Shown here: piece after piece, positions 10,037 through 20,923 of the stretch
Numbering within the stretch: position 1 is the first letter of the stretch
Layout of the letters: each line of letters begins with the position of its first letter
Assembly: GCF_000008365.1 (NCBI RefSeq)
Contig: NC_006908.1
Coordinates: 390,001 to 422,000 of the forward strand
Reading direction: 5' to 3'
Source of the DNA: Mycoplasma mobile 163K
Lineage (GTDB): Bacteria; Bacillota_I; Bacilli_A; Mycoplasmatales; Metamycoplasmataceae
DNA length: 32,000 nucleotides
The notes under the pieces: generated by a model
Database searches by the model: none
What the model saw: only the letters and a program-made list of their open reading frames with translations
Told to the model about the DNA's origin: nothing
Program-made: the position numbers and the translations under genes

Positions 10037-11668
10037 TTATACACTTCTTATAGTTTTCGAAATTTCAAAATTAAATCCACTTAAAAAGTCATTAGCTCCT
10101 ATAGTTTCATCAAATCTAAATCTTATTATCAATCTTTGAGAAACTATTCTTCCATTACTTGTTACTGAATCTGCTATTTCTCATCTTACAAAAGGAATAT
10201 GATATCTTAATCCTCTTAATCTAAATTCTGGAGAAATAGCAGGAATGCCATTTACAAGAATAACTGCTCCATTTCTGTCTGTATCTCAAGCACTACCATA
10301 AAATAATGCAATATTTGTTCTATTTTCTAATAAAAATTTAGCAAGATCATTTACATTATTATTTCTTTGTGAAAGATTAGGACCTAAAGAACCTACAGCA
10401 AATTCGTTTATTGTAAATAATTTATTTAAAACATCATCATTAATCGGTGTATAACCTGTTAAATCTCTAGTAAAACTAAAGTTTTCATTGTCTAAAGTTC
10501 CTCTAACAACAATTCTTACATCTCTTGTTGTTTCATTAAAAGGAGCATTATTTATGGTACTAATTTGATAGTTAGTAACAGAAACTCTTGAAGTTGCAAT
10601 TCCAAAATCATGTTTAGAAATAAAACCAATTTGAGCTAATTTAGTTTGAAAATCAGTGAAATTAGTTGGATTTAAATTAGTTCTTGAAGGGGTAAAAAAA
10701 TTAGTATTGACTGTTCCATTTAATAAACCAATAGCATCTGCAAAAGCTTTTTCTTTTGTAGGAAAACCTAAAATAGATATTTGTTTTGAAATAGTGCTAT
10801 TTGATAAACTACCTATAACTTCTAATGATAAAATACCTTGAGTATCATTTGCATTTTTAATTGAAAATGACAAATTAACTTTTTCTAAAGTAGTAGGATT
10901 TAATATAATGTCAGAATTTACAATACTTGAAGCTAATCTATTTGATATATTTTCAATTGTAAAACTTGTATTATTAATTGTTTGTAAAACTTGTTCTACT
11001 CTTTGAGTAGATGTTTGCAATATAACACTAACATTTTTTGTTCTAACTATTTGACTCATTGAAGCTTTTAAAGAAAATTCTAAAATCCCTGTCGAATCAT
11101 TAAAAGTACTTGGATTATTTAATTCCAATTGAAAAACAACACCATTACTTGTTCTTGGGGTTATTAAATAAGAATCAATATTTTCTTGAGTTACTTCTGA
11201 AGGTAAGGTTGTTTTTGCAATAGCCGTTGTTTCAATATTTGTTATAAGTTTTAATTCATTATCAATAATTGCATTTATTCCTAAAATTTCATCAGTAGCT
11301 CTAAAATTTGTAACTAAAATTTTTTTAGATCTACTTTCATTATTTCTTGTTCCTATTAAAAAAACTGAAATTGTTCCATTTTCGTCATTAAATTCATTAG
11401 GATTCGGTAATCTTAAAGAAAAATTAATACCATTTCTCGGACTTGGAGAAATAATATAATCATTAATATTTGCATTTGTAACTACCGAAGGTAAAGATGT
11501 GGTTGCCAATTCTTTAATGTCTAATCTATCGATTGTTTCAAATTCTTTTCTTAAAGTAATTGAATCTATATTTGCATTAGGACTTATGGTAGCCACAACC
11601 GGACCAATAACTGTTGCTGTCGCAAGAGGAACTGCAATAGATCCTAAAATCATGTTTTTTTTGTTCAT
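10037..11668 (-). CDS. surface protein, 3 lipoprotein-17-like modules plus type B C-terminal module (543 aa)
   Basis: Track ORF 10286-11668 continues through TGA (10286-10288 and 10181-10183) to TAA at 10037-10039. Signal MNKKNMILGSIAVPLATATVIGPVVA has no Cys. SD AAGGAG is present. Type B module spans 10037-10747 (GLLNGTVNTNFFTPSRTN ... NGIPAISPEFRLRGLRYHIPFVRW ...). Confidence 0.8.
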
Positions 11669-11691
11669 ATGGGGTCTCCTTATATAGTATA

Positions 11692-11700
11692 ATTATACCA
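11692..11700 (-). promoter_or_regulatory. extended -10 promoter element TGGTATAAT for gene 10037-11668
   Basis: The reverse complement of 11692-11700 reads TGGTATAAT, about 24 nt upstream of the ATG, with AAGGAG between. Confidence 0.5.
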
Positions 11701-11763
11701 AATTTTATTTATTGAGTATGTATTTCGTAAATAAAATAGTATTACCTAGGTTTTCATAAGTTA

Positions 11764-13302
11764 TTATTTTAAAAAATTTTCTAATTCTTGTTGAATTAAT
11801 CTTGAAGAAACGTTTTTTTGAAAATGAACTTTTAATTTAGAATAAATAGTTTTTTTAAAATTATTAATATTTTTCAAAGAAACGTTTTTTCTTAAATTTT
11901 TTGTCCTAAATAATTCATTTAAAATATTTTTAATAAAATTTAAAATAGATTTTTCAATTGCTTCATCTCATTCATTACTAGAAAATTTATTGTGAAAATA
12001 TTGAATCGATTCATCAGTTAAATTATTTTTGATAATTTCATGATTAAAAATAAAATTTACTAGCAAATTCTTTTTATTTTCAACAAAATCTTCAATTGTT
12101 GGGCGAGATAAAATATGAATATTAGTATTATCTAAAAAAATGTTGTCATTTTCATCGCTTTTAGTGAATTTATCATAATATCTATTCCCTGCATTATCAC
12201 CATCAACAATGACTTTTGGAATTGATTTAGTATTTTTTATAATACCTTTAACAGAATGAACAATATTAGAACCATTTGATTGTATAAAAGAATAATGTGG
12301 GAAGCTATCCTTAAAAACTCTTACATCACTAATTCCTTCACAAAAAACTAAATTTCTTATTTCACAAAAAATTTCTGTTGAAATTGTTCCATTATCACCT
12401 AAAGAAATAATCTCAATTTCTGGATCAGGATCAAAAACAAGTGAATATCCATTATGAGTTGTATAAAAAATTTGTGTTTCATTTTTTATTGACTGTAATA
12501 CTTTAATTAAATGAGATAAAGTTTTTATTGAAAGAGAATTTTCAATTTCGTCAATAATTAAAAATTGTGTTCCTAAATATTGGTCTAAAACAAATTGTTT
12601 TTGTTCTCCTAAACCTTTATTGGCAATTGAATTAGGATTATTTGTATCAAATTTAAAATCTATAGCTTTTTCAAAATCAAAAATAGGAAAAACATCATAA
12701 TTAATTTCTTCAAAATTAGAATTATTTTCCATTTTTTGATGTTTTAATTCTAATGATTGATTAGAAAAATTACTCACAAAATTTTTAATTTTACTTATTT
12801 CTTCATGATGTTTTTCATATAATTTTGTTAAAATACTTTGTTTAATTACATTTTCAATTTCATGATAATTAGTATGAGCAGAAAGTGAAGCGACATCATT
12901 TGAATTTATTATTATTTTAGAATCTAATTTATTTTCATTTAATCATTGTTCTAAATCTGACCCGTAAATTTTTTCATTTGTATATAAATTTTTAACTTTA
13001 ATTAAATCTCAAAAAATTTCTTTTCTGCAGTTCAAGTAAAAACTAAAATTGTATGGAATATTATTCACTTCTTTTTCTAGAACTATTTTCATTTCATTTA
13101 CTTGATTAAAGGATTTTGTCTTTAAAGTTTTTCTAAATTTTTCAAAAACATTTACGTCTTGTTTTAAAAACGACAGAATTATTTCCAATAATGTTGATTT
13201 ACCTGAATTGTTTGGACCAATTATAGAATTCATCTTTCTAAAATGAAAAAATCTATCTTGAAATTTTTTATAATTATTAATATATAAGGACTTGATTTGC
13301 AT
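11764..13302 (-). CDS. OLD-family ATP-dependent nuclease (ABC/SMC-like ATPase + Toprim), 512 aa
   Basis: Track fragments 13009-13302 and 11968-12777 share one frame. I translated the gap 12778-13008 and the tail 11764-11967 and found only TGA codons, no TAA or TAG. Motifs: Walker A GPNNSGKST, signature-like GLGEQKQ, Walker B FLIIDEIE, H-loop TTHNG, Toprim Glu in VFCEGISD, and DxD in VIVDGDNAG. SD GGAGAAAA precedes the ATG. Confidence 0.75.
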
Positions 13303-13392
13303 TTTTCTCCAATAATTTATATTTAACTTATTATAACTAAATAATTTTAATTGCCTCTATGATAATAGTATTTAAACTTTATATAATATTTT

Positions 13393-13400
13393 TGTATAAT
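13393..13400 (+). promoter_or_regulatory. extended -10 element TGTATAAT for 13408-13998
   Basis: TGTATAAT ends 7 nt before the ATG at 13408, implying a leaderless or very short leader transcript. Confidence 0.45.
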
Positions 13401-13407
13401 CATTATT

Positions 13408-13998
13408 ATGACTAAAATAAAAATTTTAGAGATTTTAAAAAATAATGTAGCTACTTCAAATAGTTTGTCAATTCCATTTGAAGTAGAAGTTTTCTTGTGA
13501 ACAATTTCTATTATTTTTGGAATTGTTTCAATTGCATTTGCTTTTATTGCTTCATTTTATTCATCAAGAGCAAGTAGAGATGTTAAGCAATTGATTAAAA
13601 ATCAATGAATTTCAGAACATACAAATCAAATTTTTTTCATTAAGTTAAAAGAAATTGATATTTTAACTTCTAAATTGATTTTCAAATTGAAAAAAAATAA
13701 TGATATAACCTACTTTGATTATAGTTCTACTAGTTCAGGTTGTAGATTACATCCTATTTCTCAGGAAATTACTAAATTTTTAAATGAAACAAAATTTAAA
13801 GAATTGATGAATTTTTATAAAGAAGAAAAAGATCTTTTGGATAAAGAATTTTTTGATATTGTTGAAATAGAAGATATTAATAAAACAGAAAAAATCCCAT
13901 CTTTAAAAATACAAGAATTAATTAATTATCATTTAAAAGCAAAAGACAAAATTAGAGAAATTATTAAACAATATACATTAATTTCAACTTCAGAGTAA
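13408..13998 (+). CDS. hypothetical single-pass membrane protein with a charged, probably helical C-terminal half (196 aa)
   Basis: ATG at 13408 is in frame with track ORF 13675-13998 through two TGA codons. TM segment is WTISIIFGIVSIAFAFIASFY. The C-terminal half is K/E-rich. I recognise no family. Confidence 0.5.
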
Positions 13999-14038
13999 AA
14001 TCAATAAATTTTAAATTTATATCTTTATAATACTCAAT

Positions 14039-14935
14039 ATGGAAATAAAAAAAATTATTGCAACAGAAATTAATAGAATTGATAAATTCTTAGCAAATAG
14101 TACTGATTATAGTAGAAATGATATTCAACAATTAATTGATGAACATCAAGTCTATGTTAATGATATTTTAGTTAGAAAAGCTTCATTTAAAATCAAAGAA
14201 AATGATCAAATTGAAATTAAAAAGCAACTTATCAAAGAAACAAATGCTATTGCACAAAATATTAATTTAGATATTGTTTTTGAAAATGAAGATTTTTTGA
14301 TTATTAACAAAAGAAGTGGCATGGTGGTTCACCCTGCTCCTGGGAATATGCAAGATACTTTAGTGAATGCGCTTTTATTTCATTTTAAAAATAATCTTTC
14401 AAATATTAATGGTGAAATAAGACCAGGAATTGTCCATAGAATTGATAAAGATACTAGTGGACTTTTATTAGTTGCTAAAACAAATGAAGCTCATAATTAT
14501 TTTGCTTTACTTTTAAAAAAGCATCAAATAGAAAGAAAATATCAAGCAATTATTGTAGGGAAAATGGATCATACAATTACAAATATTAATTTACCTATTG
14601 GGAGAAATACAAGTTCTAGATTAAAAATGGAAGTAACTGCTCACAATAGTAAAGAAGCTTTTACAAAAATAACTTCTTTAAAAGCTTCTGAAACTCATTC
14701 ATTAATTCAATGTGAATTAAAAACAGGAAGGACTCATCAAATTAGAGTTCATTTAGCTCATATTAATAAACCAATTTATGGTGATAATATTTATGGCAAA
14801 AAAGTCGATGATTTTAATCAAAGATTACATGCTTATGAATTATCTTTTACTTATAAAGATAATAAACAATATTCTTTTAATGTTCCATTACCAAAAGAGA
14901 TGCAAGAAGATCTTATAAAATTTAATTTAACATAA
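14039..14935 (+). CDS. rluD: 23S rRNA pseudouridine synthase, RluA family with N-terminal S4 domain (298 aa)
   Basis: S4-like N-terminus (RIDKFLA...), catalytic motif HRIDKDTSGLLLVAK, and GRTHQIRVH. Confidence 0.85.
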   Translation: MEIKKIIATEINRIDKFLANSTDYSRNDIQQLIDEHQVYVNDILVRKASFKIKENDQIEIKKQLIKETNAIAQNINLDIVFENEDFLIINKRSGMVVHPAPGNMQDTLVNALLFHFKNNLSNINGEIRPGIVHRIDKDTSGLLLVAKTNEAHNYFALLLKKHQIERKYQAIIVGKMDHTITNINLPIGRNTSSRLKMEVTAHNSKEAFTKITSLKASETHSLIQCELKTGRTHQIRVHLAHINKPIYGDNIYGKKVDDFNQRLHAYELSFTYKDNKQYSFNVPLPKEMQEDLIKFNLT

Positions 14936-14975
14936 AGTAATTTTTATATTAAAATTCATTCATTATAAAATAAAT

Positions 14976-15008
14976 AAAAACTTACTACCAATAAGTAGTA
15001 AGTTTTTT
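14976..15008. terminator. bidirectional hairpin terminator between convergent rluD and the nitroreductase gene
   Basis: CTTACTAC (14981-14988) / GTAGTAAG (14995-15002), with A5 on the left and T6 on the right. Confidence 0.7.
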
Positions 15009-15019
15009 ATAAGTTAAAA

Positions 15020-15754
15020 TTAGATAATTTCTTTTGTTCAAATTTTATCTATTGTTTCTTTTCAAGTTTCATTATTTACTTCATTGCTATAAGTTTTTAT
15101 TGTTGAAGAAGAATAATCGCCACTCATATTCAATTTTGTTCAAAAATTATTTAAAACTTTATCATAAGCTTTAATTTCTTTTTCAAGAACTGAAACATCA
15201 TACTTTTCTAAATAAACACGATTTAATTTAGGTTTAAGTCCATTTTTAATTTCTTCTTTTCCAAGTGTAATTGCCAAAATTGGGATAGCTTTTCCACTTA
15301 TATTTAAAAGTTTTTTAATTTGTAAAATAGATTCTGCACTATTTCTAATTCCGCCAATATAACAAGTTCCAAAATCTAATTCAAGTGCTGCACTTTCTAA
15401 TCTAGTGGCTTGAATATATGCATCACCAAAAGCTGTCAATAAATCATTTAAATTATTCTGCTTATAGCTAATTTTATGTATTTTAGAAGAAATTAAAGTT
15501 CTATTAAAATCAGCAACAAAAACAAATAAAGCACTATTTTTATAAATGTGTGTTTGTGTTGGATTAGATCCTAATATTTCATAAATTTTTTTCTTAGTAT
15601 TCATTTCAGTAACAACAATTACCGAAGATTGATGAGCATTCGAAGATGTTGCAGAAGTATTCATTACATCAATTAAAGTTTTTAAATCTTTTTCTGAAAT
15701 TTTTTCATCTTTAAAAGCTCTTGAACTTTTTCTACTTATTAAATTTTCAATCAT
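15020..15754 (-). CDS. nitroreductase-family flavin oxidoreductase (NfsA/Frp-like), 244 aa
   Basis: Start is the ATG at 15754 (MIENLISRKSSRAFKDE...) preceded by AAAAGGAG. Track ORF 15140-15787 continues through TGA codons to TAA at 15020-15022. RKSSRAF and the following helix are typical of the family. Confidence 0.75.
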
Positions 15755-15901
15755 ATTTCTCCTTTTGTAGACTAATATATAAAACATACTAAAATTTAAT
15801 CTTTTTTATATATTAACCTACACTTATATTATCTATTAAAATTTACTTTATTTATTAAGAATGATTTTTACTTCTCTAAATTAAGTTTTTAATTAGAAAA
15901 T

Positions 15902-15930
15902 AAAACACATTATTTTAAATAATGTGTTTT
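15902..15930 (-). terminator. rho-independent terminator after surface gene 15941-17881
   Basis: Perfect 13-bp stem AAAACACATTATT (15902-15914) / AATAATGTGTTTT (15918-15930) with a 3-nt loop, 11 nt past the stop. Confidence 0.75.
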
Positions 15931-15940
15931 TGTCTAAAAA

Positions 15941-17881
15941 TTAAATTCCATAATATTCTTTACCAAATAAAGTAAAACTACTTATTGGTTTATGATTAGG
16001 GGAAAAAGCATTTCCTAAAGTCGGAGTAATTGCTATATCTGTATTTCCAAACATAAATTCATTAGTGAAAAATGAAGCACTATTATTAGATAAATAAACA
16101 ATTCAACTTGATTTGAAAAAATTTGCTGTTTGTTGAGTTGTAGCATTTTGTTTTAAATTAAATGTAGTTACAAAATAAGGCGGTCTAATATGTGAGCCTC
16201 CTAATTGATTTTGTCTCATTGTTAAAGCATCATTAACCAATTTTGTTTCTTTAACTAAACCTAATTCTTCTAAATTAGCATCTGTTACAACTAATAAGTT
16301 TTTAAATGATCTTAAACCATATACTCCTTTTGTAAAAGTTGTATTCGAACCATCAGTTTGATTTTTTAAAGTTCATCCATTTCCAGAAGCATCAAAATTA
16401 ATATCTAGAGAAGGAGAATTTATATCATGATTTTCAATACTTACATTTCGAATACTAATTTGAGTTTCAAGTAATGAGTTTATTGATTTATTTTCATCTA
16501 TTTGACTAAGTTCTTTGTCTAAATAATTTTGTCTAACTAAATTTTCAAAATTTCTTGCTCCAACTTGACCAGTAAATAATCAATTTTTTAACACTTCTAA
16601 ACTATTATTTGGAACAATGCTTTGATTAAAACTTTTAAATAAAGCTATTGAAGTATATCATCCTGATGTTTTTATAACTTTTGAAACTGAAACTTGGCCT
16701 GCTTGAGAAGCTGTTAAAAGTACATCTAAAGTTCCTTCTAAATTATTAAAACTTGTATTATTTGCAATACTTACAAAAAAGTTTACACCTAAAATAGATC
16801 TTGGAACATTAATGAATGAACTTAAATTTTGATCAGTAGGAAGACTTGGCAAGATATTTGATGCATTTTGATTTATACTTAAAGTAGTAATTTTATTAAA
16901 TTCAGAAATAATTGTTTTTAAAAATCCATCAATTTTAAATGTTTTTTCATTACTTACATTATTTTTAATACCTATTAAAACTATTGATAAAGATCCATTA
17001 TTATTATCAGAATCAAATGGATTCGAAACTTTTAATTGAAAACTAATACCATTAATTGCATCTGGTGTAATTAAATATTGATCAATATTTTCATTAGTTA
17101 CTGATGAAGCTAAAATGTTTGCAGCAGCAGGCTTTAAAGGAATATTTCCTATTTTATCTAATTCTATTTTAATCTCTTCTTTAATTTGTTCTACACTAAT
17201 TAAGATTTTAAACCCTGATACAATAAATTTTTTCTCAAGAGAAATTCCATCTTTTGTTGCTAATAAAACAATTTCTAATGAACCTGTAGCATCATTAAAA
17301 TTACTTGGATTTTTTAAAGTAAAAATAACTTCTTTTGCAATTGGATTTGGAGTGATTAAATATTCATTAACATTAATTGGATTTGCACTTGAAGGTAAAA
17401 TTGATGATGCTAATGGTTTTGTTTTAATAGAATTTATAAGGTCTAATTCACTTTGTAAAATTGCTAGAATTCCTTGTTGCTCATTTAAAGATTTAAAACC
17501 TACAACTTCTATTTCTTTAGTTAAAGTTTCATTATTTCTTGTTGCAACTAAAACAACTGAAATTGTTCCATTTTCATCATTAAATTTATTTGGGCTTAAA
17601 AGTCTTAAGAAAAAAATTACTTCATTTATTGGCTTTGGCACAACAATATATTGACCAATATTTTCATTTGTAACTAATGAAGGAAGCGATGTTAAAGCTA
17701 AATTTGTAAGATCTAATTTGATGATTTTATCAAATTCATTTTTTAATATTTCTTGATTTTTTAATATATCTTCTTGATCTTTGTTTCTATTTTGTCTTGT
17801 AACTGCAACACTTGGAGCAATAATTACTGTTGCACCAATTGCTGAAGATGCTATACCTAAAATTAAATTTTTCTTATTCAT
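15941..17881 (-). CDS. surface protein, 4 lipoprotein-17-like modules plus type A C-terminal module (646 aa)
   Basis: Track ORF 16658-17881 ends at TGA. I translated 16657->15941 by hand and it is open to TAA at 15941-15943. Signal MNKKNLILGIASSAIGATVIIAPSVA has no Cys. C-terminal module is WYTSIA...LKNWLFTGQVGARNFENLVRQ...PPYFV...SSWIVYLSNN...FGKEYYGI. Confidence 0.8.
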
Positions 17882-17887
17882 GTAATT

Positions 17888-17893
17888 ATTATA
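17888..17893 (-). promoter_or_regulatory. -10 box TATAAT 6 nt upstream of the ATG (leaderless-type promoter)
   Basis: The reverse complement of 17888-17896 is TAGTATAAT. No SD fits between it and the ATG at 17881. Confidence 0.45.
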
Positions 17894-17989
17894 CTACAAA
17901 TTGATTGATTATCATAAGAACATAAAAATCAAAAATTTTAAATAAAATTATTTCTAAATTATTTTTAACATCTGATAATAAAATAAAAA

Positions 17990-18017
17990 TTAAAACATCC
18001 ATAATTGAATGTTTTAA
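17990..18017 (-). terminator. hairpin terminator after gene 18069-20615
   Basis: TTAAAACAT (17990-17998) / ATGTTTTAA (18009-18017), followed on the minus strand by a T-rich run. Confidence 0.6.
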
Positions 18018-18068
18018 TTTGAAAATCTATATTAAATTTGAATTAAGAATCTTTAAAATCTAATTTTT

Positions 18069-20615
18069 TTATAGTCCATAATGTTCTTTAGAAAATAAAG
18101 AAATACTTGTTGCGTTTTGTCTATAACTAATTCCGATTGAAGGGCCAAAAGCTAAATCTGTAATTCTAATATTTGTATTTCCTAAAATTGCTCTATCTCT
18201 ACCATCATTAAAAATTCTTGAAGAGATTGAAAGATTATTACCATTAGAATAAATGATTCATCCTGATTGAGAAATTTGACTTTGTTGAACACTAGTTGAT
18301 CCATTTGTAAATGAGAAACTATTTACAATATATGGAGGTTGTTTATCCACTAAAGATAATCCATCTCTTACTGTTTTAGGAAGAGGATTTAGACCTACTT
18401 GAGTTAAAGTATCAACTGAAGCTATTGTTAAGTTTGAAAAATTACCAAGCTCAAATTCACCTTTTCTAGCTCCTGATTCTAAATGAGAAATTTTTTCTGT
18501 TAAAGTAATGCTATCTGGGGCAGTAAAATTTACAATTAAAGTTCTTTGATTATTTCTAGTTTGAATACTTAAACCATCTACTCAAAGATCATTTCTCATT
18601 AATGAATTAATTGAATTTGTAAATGTGGTTTCTGCTTGTTGTGATCCTCTTAAATAATGTTCTCTTAGTAAATTTCTAAAGTTTAACTTTCCTACTTCAC
18701 CTTTAAATAATCATTCATATAATTGATGTAAATAAGCATTTGTTTCATTTGAAGGAAGATTTGCTTGATTAAGTTTTGTAAATAATTGAGTAGTTGATAG
18801 TCATCCTGTAGTTGTAATTGTTTTTGATAAACTTTCTTGTCCAGCTTGTGAAGCTGTTAAAACAACATCATGAGTTCCTCTTTGATTATTTTGACTTACT
18901 CCTTGAGGAAAACTTATAGAAAATCTTATGCCATTTGAAATTGCTGGAACATTAATAAATGAATCTAAATTTGGATTTGAATTTGTTATAGTTGGTAAAA
19001 CTGTTGAAGATCCTGCTCTTAGAGATAAAGAAGTAATTTGATTAAATTCAAAAGTAATTCTTTTCATGAATCCTGATACTTCAATACTTTTAGTGCTTGA
19101 AATACCTGATTTTGAAGCAACTAAATTAATTGTTAATGAACCATTTCTATCATGAAAAACAAGTGGACTTTGAAGTTCTAATTTAAAACTCACGCCATTA
19201 GATTCATTTGGTACATTTAAATATTCATTAATATTTTGATTATTAACTAATGAAGGTAAAACGCTTGAAGCAGCTGGTTTAGTTGCAATTGAAACAATTC
19301 CTGCTAATTCTTTGTTAATGTCAGCTGTGATTTGAGCATTAGTAATATTTGCATTATTGTTAAATCCTTGGACACTAAAAGTTTTTTCGACACTAATATT
19401 TGATCTAGTTCCTGTCAAAGTAACTGAAATTTGACCATCAGCATCATTAAAAATGCTTGGATTTTTAGTTTGTAAACTAAAAATTACACCATTAGAAGTT
19501 GCAGGAGTTTGTAAATATTGAGTAATATTTGCATTATTAACTATTGAAGGTAAAGCACTTGCAGCTGCAGGAGTTAAACTAATACCAGTAATTTTATCTA
19601 ATTCTGTTTGAATTTCTCTTCTTGTAACCTCATTAACAATTTCTGATAAAGTAGCAAAACCTGAAACAGCAAAGTTTTTTTCTCTAGTAATGTTATTTCT
19701 TGATGCTTCTAAAACAACTGGTAAAGTACCGTTGAAATCATTTTGAGAATTTATTTGTCCAACTCTTAATCTAAGAGTAACACCTGTTGCTAAATCAATT
19801 GAAGGTAAAATTAAATATTGATTTATGTTTTGAGGTGTTACAGATGAAGGGAGAACAGTTTTTGCTAAAGTAGTTGTTGAAATTGTAGAAATTCTTCCTA
19901 AAATATCTAAAAGTAAATTTTCAACTGCTTCAACTTCATTAAAGATTCTAAAACCACTTACATTAATATTTTTATTAAGAGATCTTCCTGATTTAGATCC
20001 GATTAAAACAACTCCAAGAGTACCTGTTGTATTATTTGCACTATTTAATTGAACTTTTAAAGAAAATACTACACCATTAATCGAAACTGGAGTATTGATA
20101 AAATCATTAATATTTGTATCATTAACATTTGAAGCTAAAGTAGAAGATGCTAAATTTTTGGTAATTAATGTGTTTATAATGTCTAATTCATTTTGAATTT
20201 CAAGATCGATTTTTGCATTTATTTCATCTTGATTATTAACTCTAAAACCATTTACATTAATCTTTTTTTCTTGTATTGAATTATCTAAAGAGGCCACTAA
20301 AATAACTCCAAGACTACCTTCGGCATCATTTACAATACTTGGTTCTTGTAATTTTAAAGAAAAACGTACTCCACTTGTTGTGGTATTTGGCACTAAAATT
20401 GATAGAGCAATATTTAAATTTGTTACTTGTGATGCTAAAATATTTTTTCCAAAAGAAGTTAATTCTAATTGAGTAATTTTTGCAATTTCTTCTTGTGTAA
20501 CTTGTTCGATTGTAGGACTTTTTTTATTTACTACAGTAGCAATGCTTGGTCCTGCAATAACTGTTGTTAACATACTTGCTGATGTTATTCCTAAAATTAA
20601 AATTGATTTTTTCAT
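18069..20615 (-). CDS. surface protein, 6 lipoprotein-17-like modules plus type A C-terminal module (848 aa)
   Basis: Start is the ATG at 20615 (MKKSILILGITSASMLTTVIAGPSIA); the track's TTG at 20639 lies upstream of the -10 box. Track ORF ends at TGA 18801-18803. Hand translation is open to TAA at 18069-18071. C-terminal module is WLSTTQLF...YEWLFKGEVGKLNFRNLLRE...PPYIV...GWIIYSNGNN...FSKEHYGL. Confidence 0.8.
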
Positions 20616-20621
20616 ATAATA

Positions 20622-20627
20622 ATTATA
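20622..20627 (-). promoter_or_regulatory. -10 box TATAAT 6 nt upstream of the ATG at 20615
   Basis: The reverse complement of 20622-20627 is TATAAT. The geometry matches that at 17888 and 23477. Confidence 0.45.
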
Positions 20628-20854
20628 GTATATAATCAATGTTTTTAGTCAATTTTAGTAATATGGAACCTTTTTTTCAATAATTCAATAAAATTATGAT
20701 CTATTTATTCGGTTGTTTTTTATTACTTATTACATAAAAAAGATAGTTTATTTTTAAGTCTAAAAATTTTAAATATTCAAAAAAAGAATAAGATTTGTAT
20801 TTTTTTATATTAAAATTAAAAACATTTGAGATTATACAAGTAAAAAAATAATTA

Positions 20855-20886
20855 AAATTAAAACACCTATATTGATGTTTTAATTT
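20855..20886 (-). terminator. hairpin terminator after gene 20924-23470
   Basis: AAATTAAAACA (20855-20865) / TGTTTTAATTT (20876-20886). It is homologous to the hairpin at 17990-18017. Confidence 0.6.
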
Positions 20887-20923
20887 TAAAATTTATATTT
20901 GAATGTGATCAAAATTTTTTACA

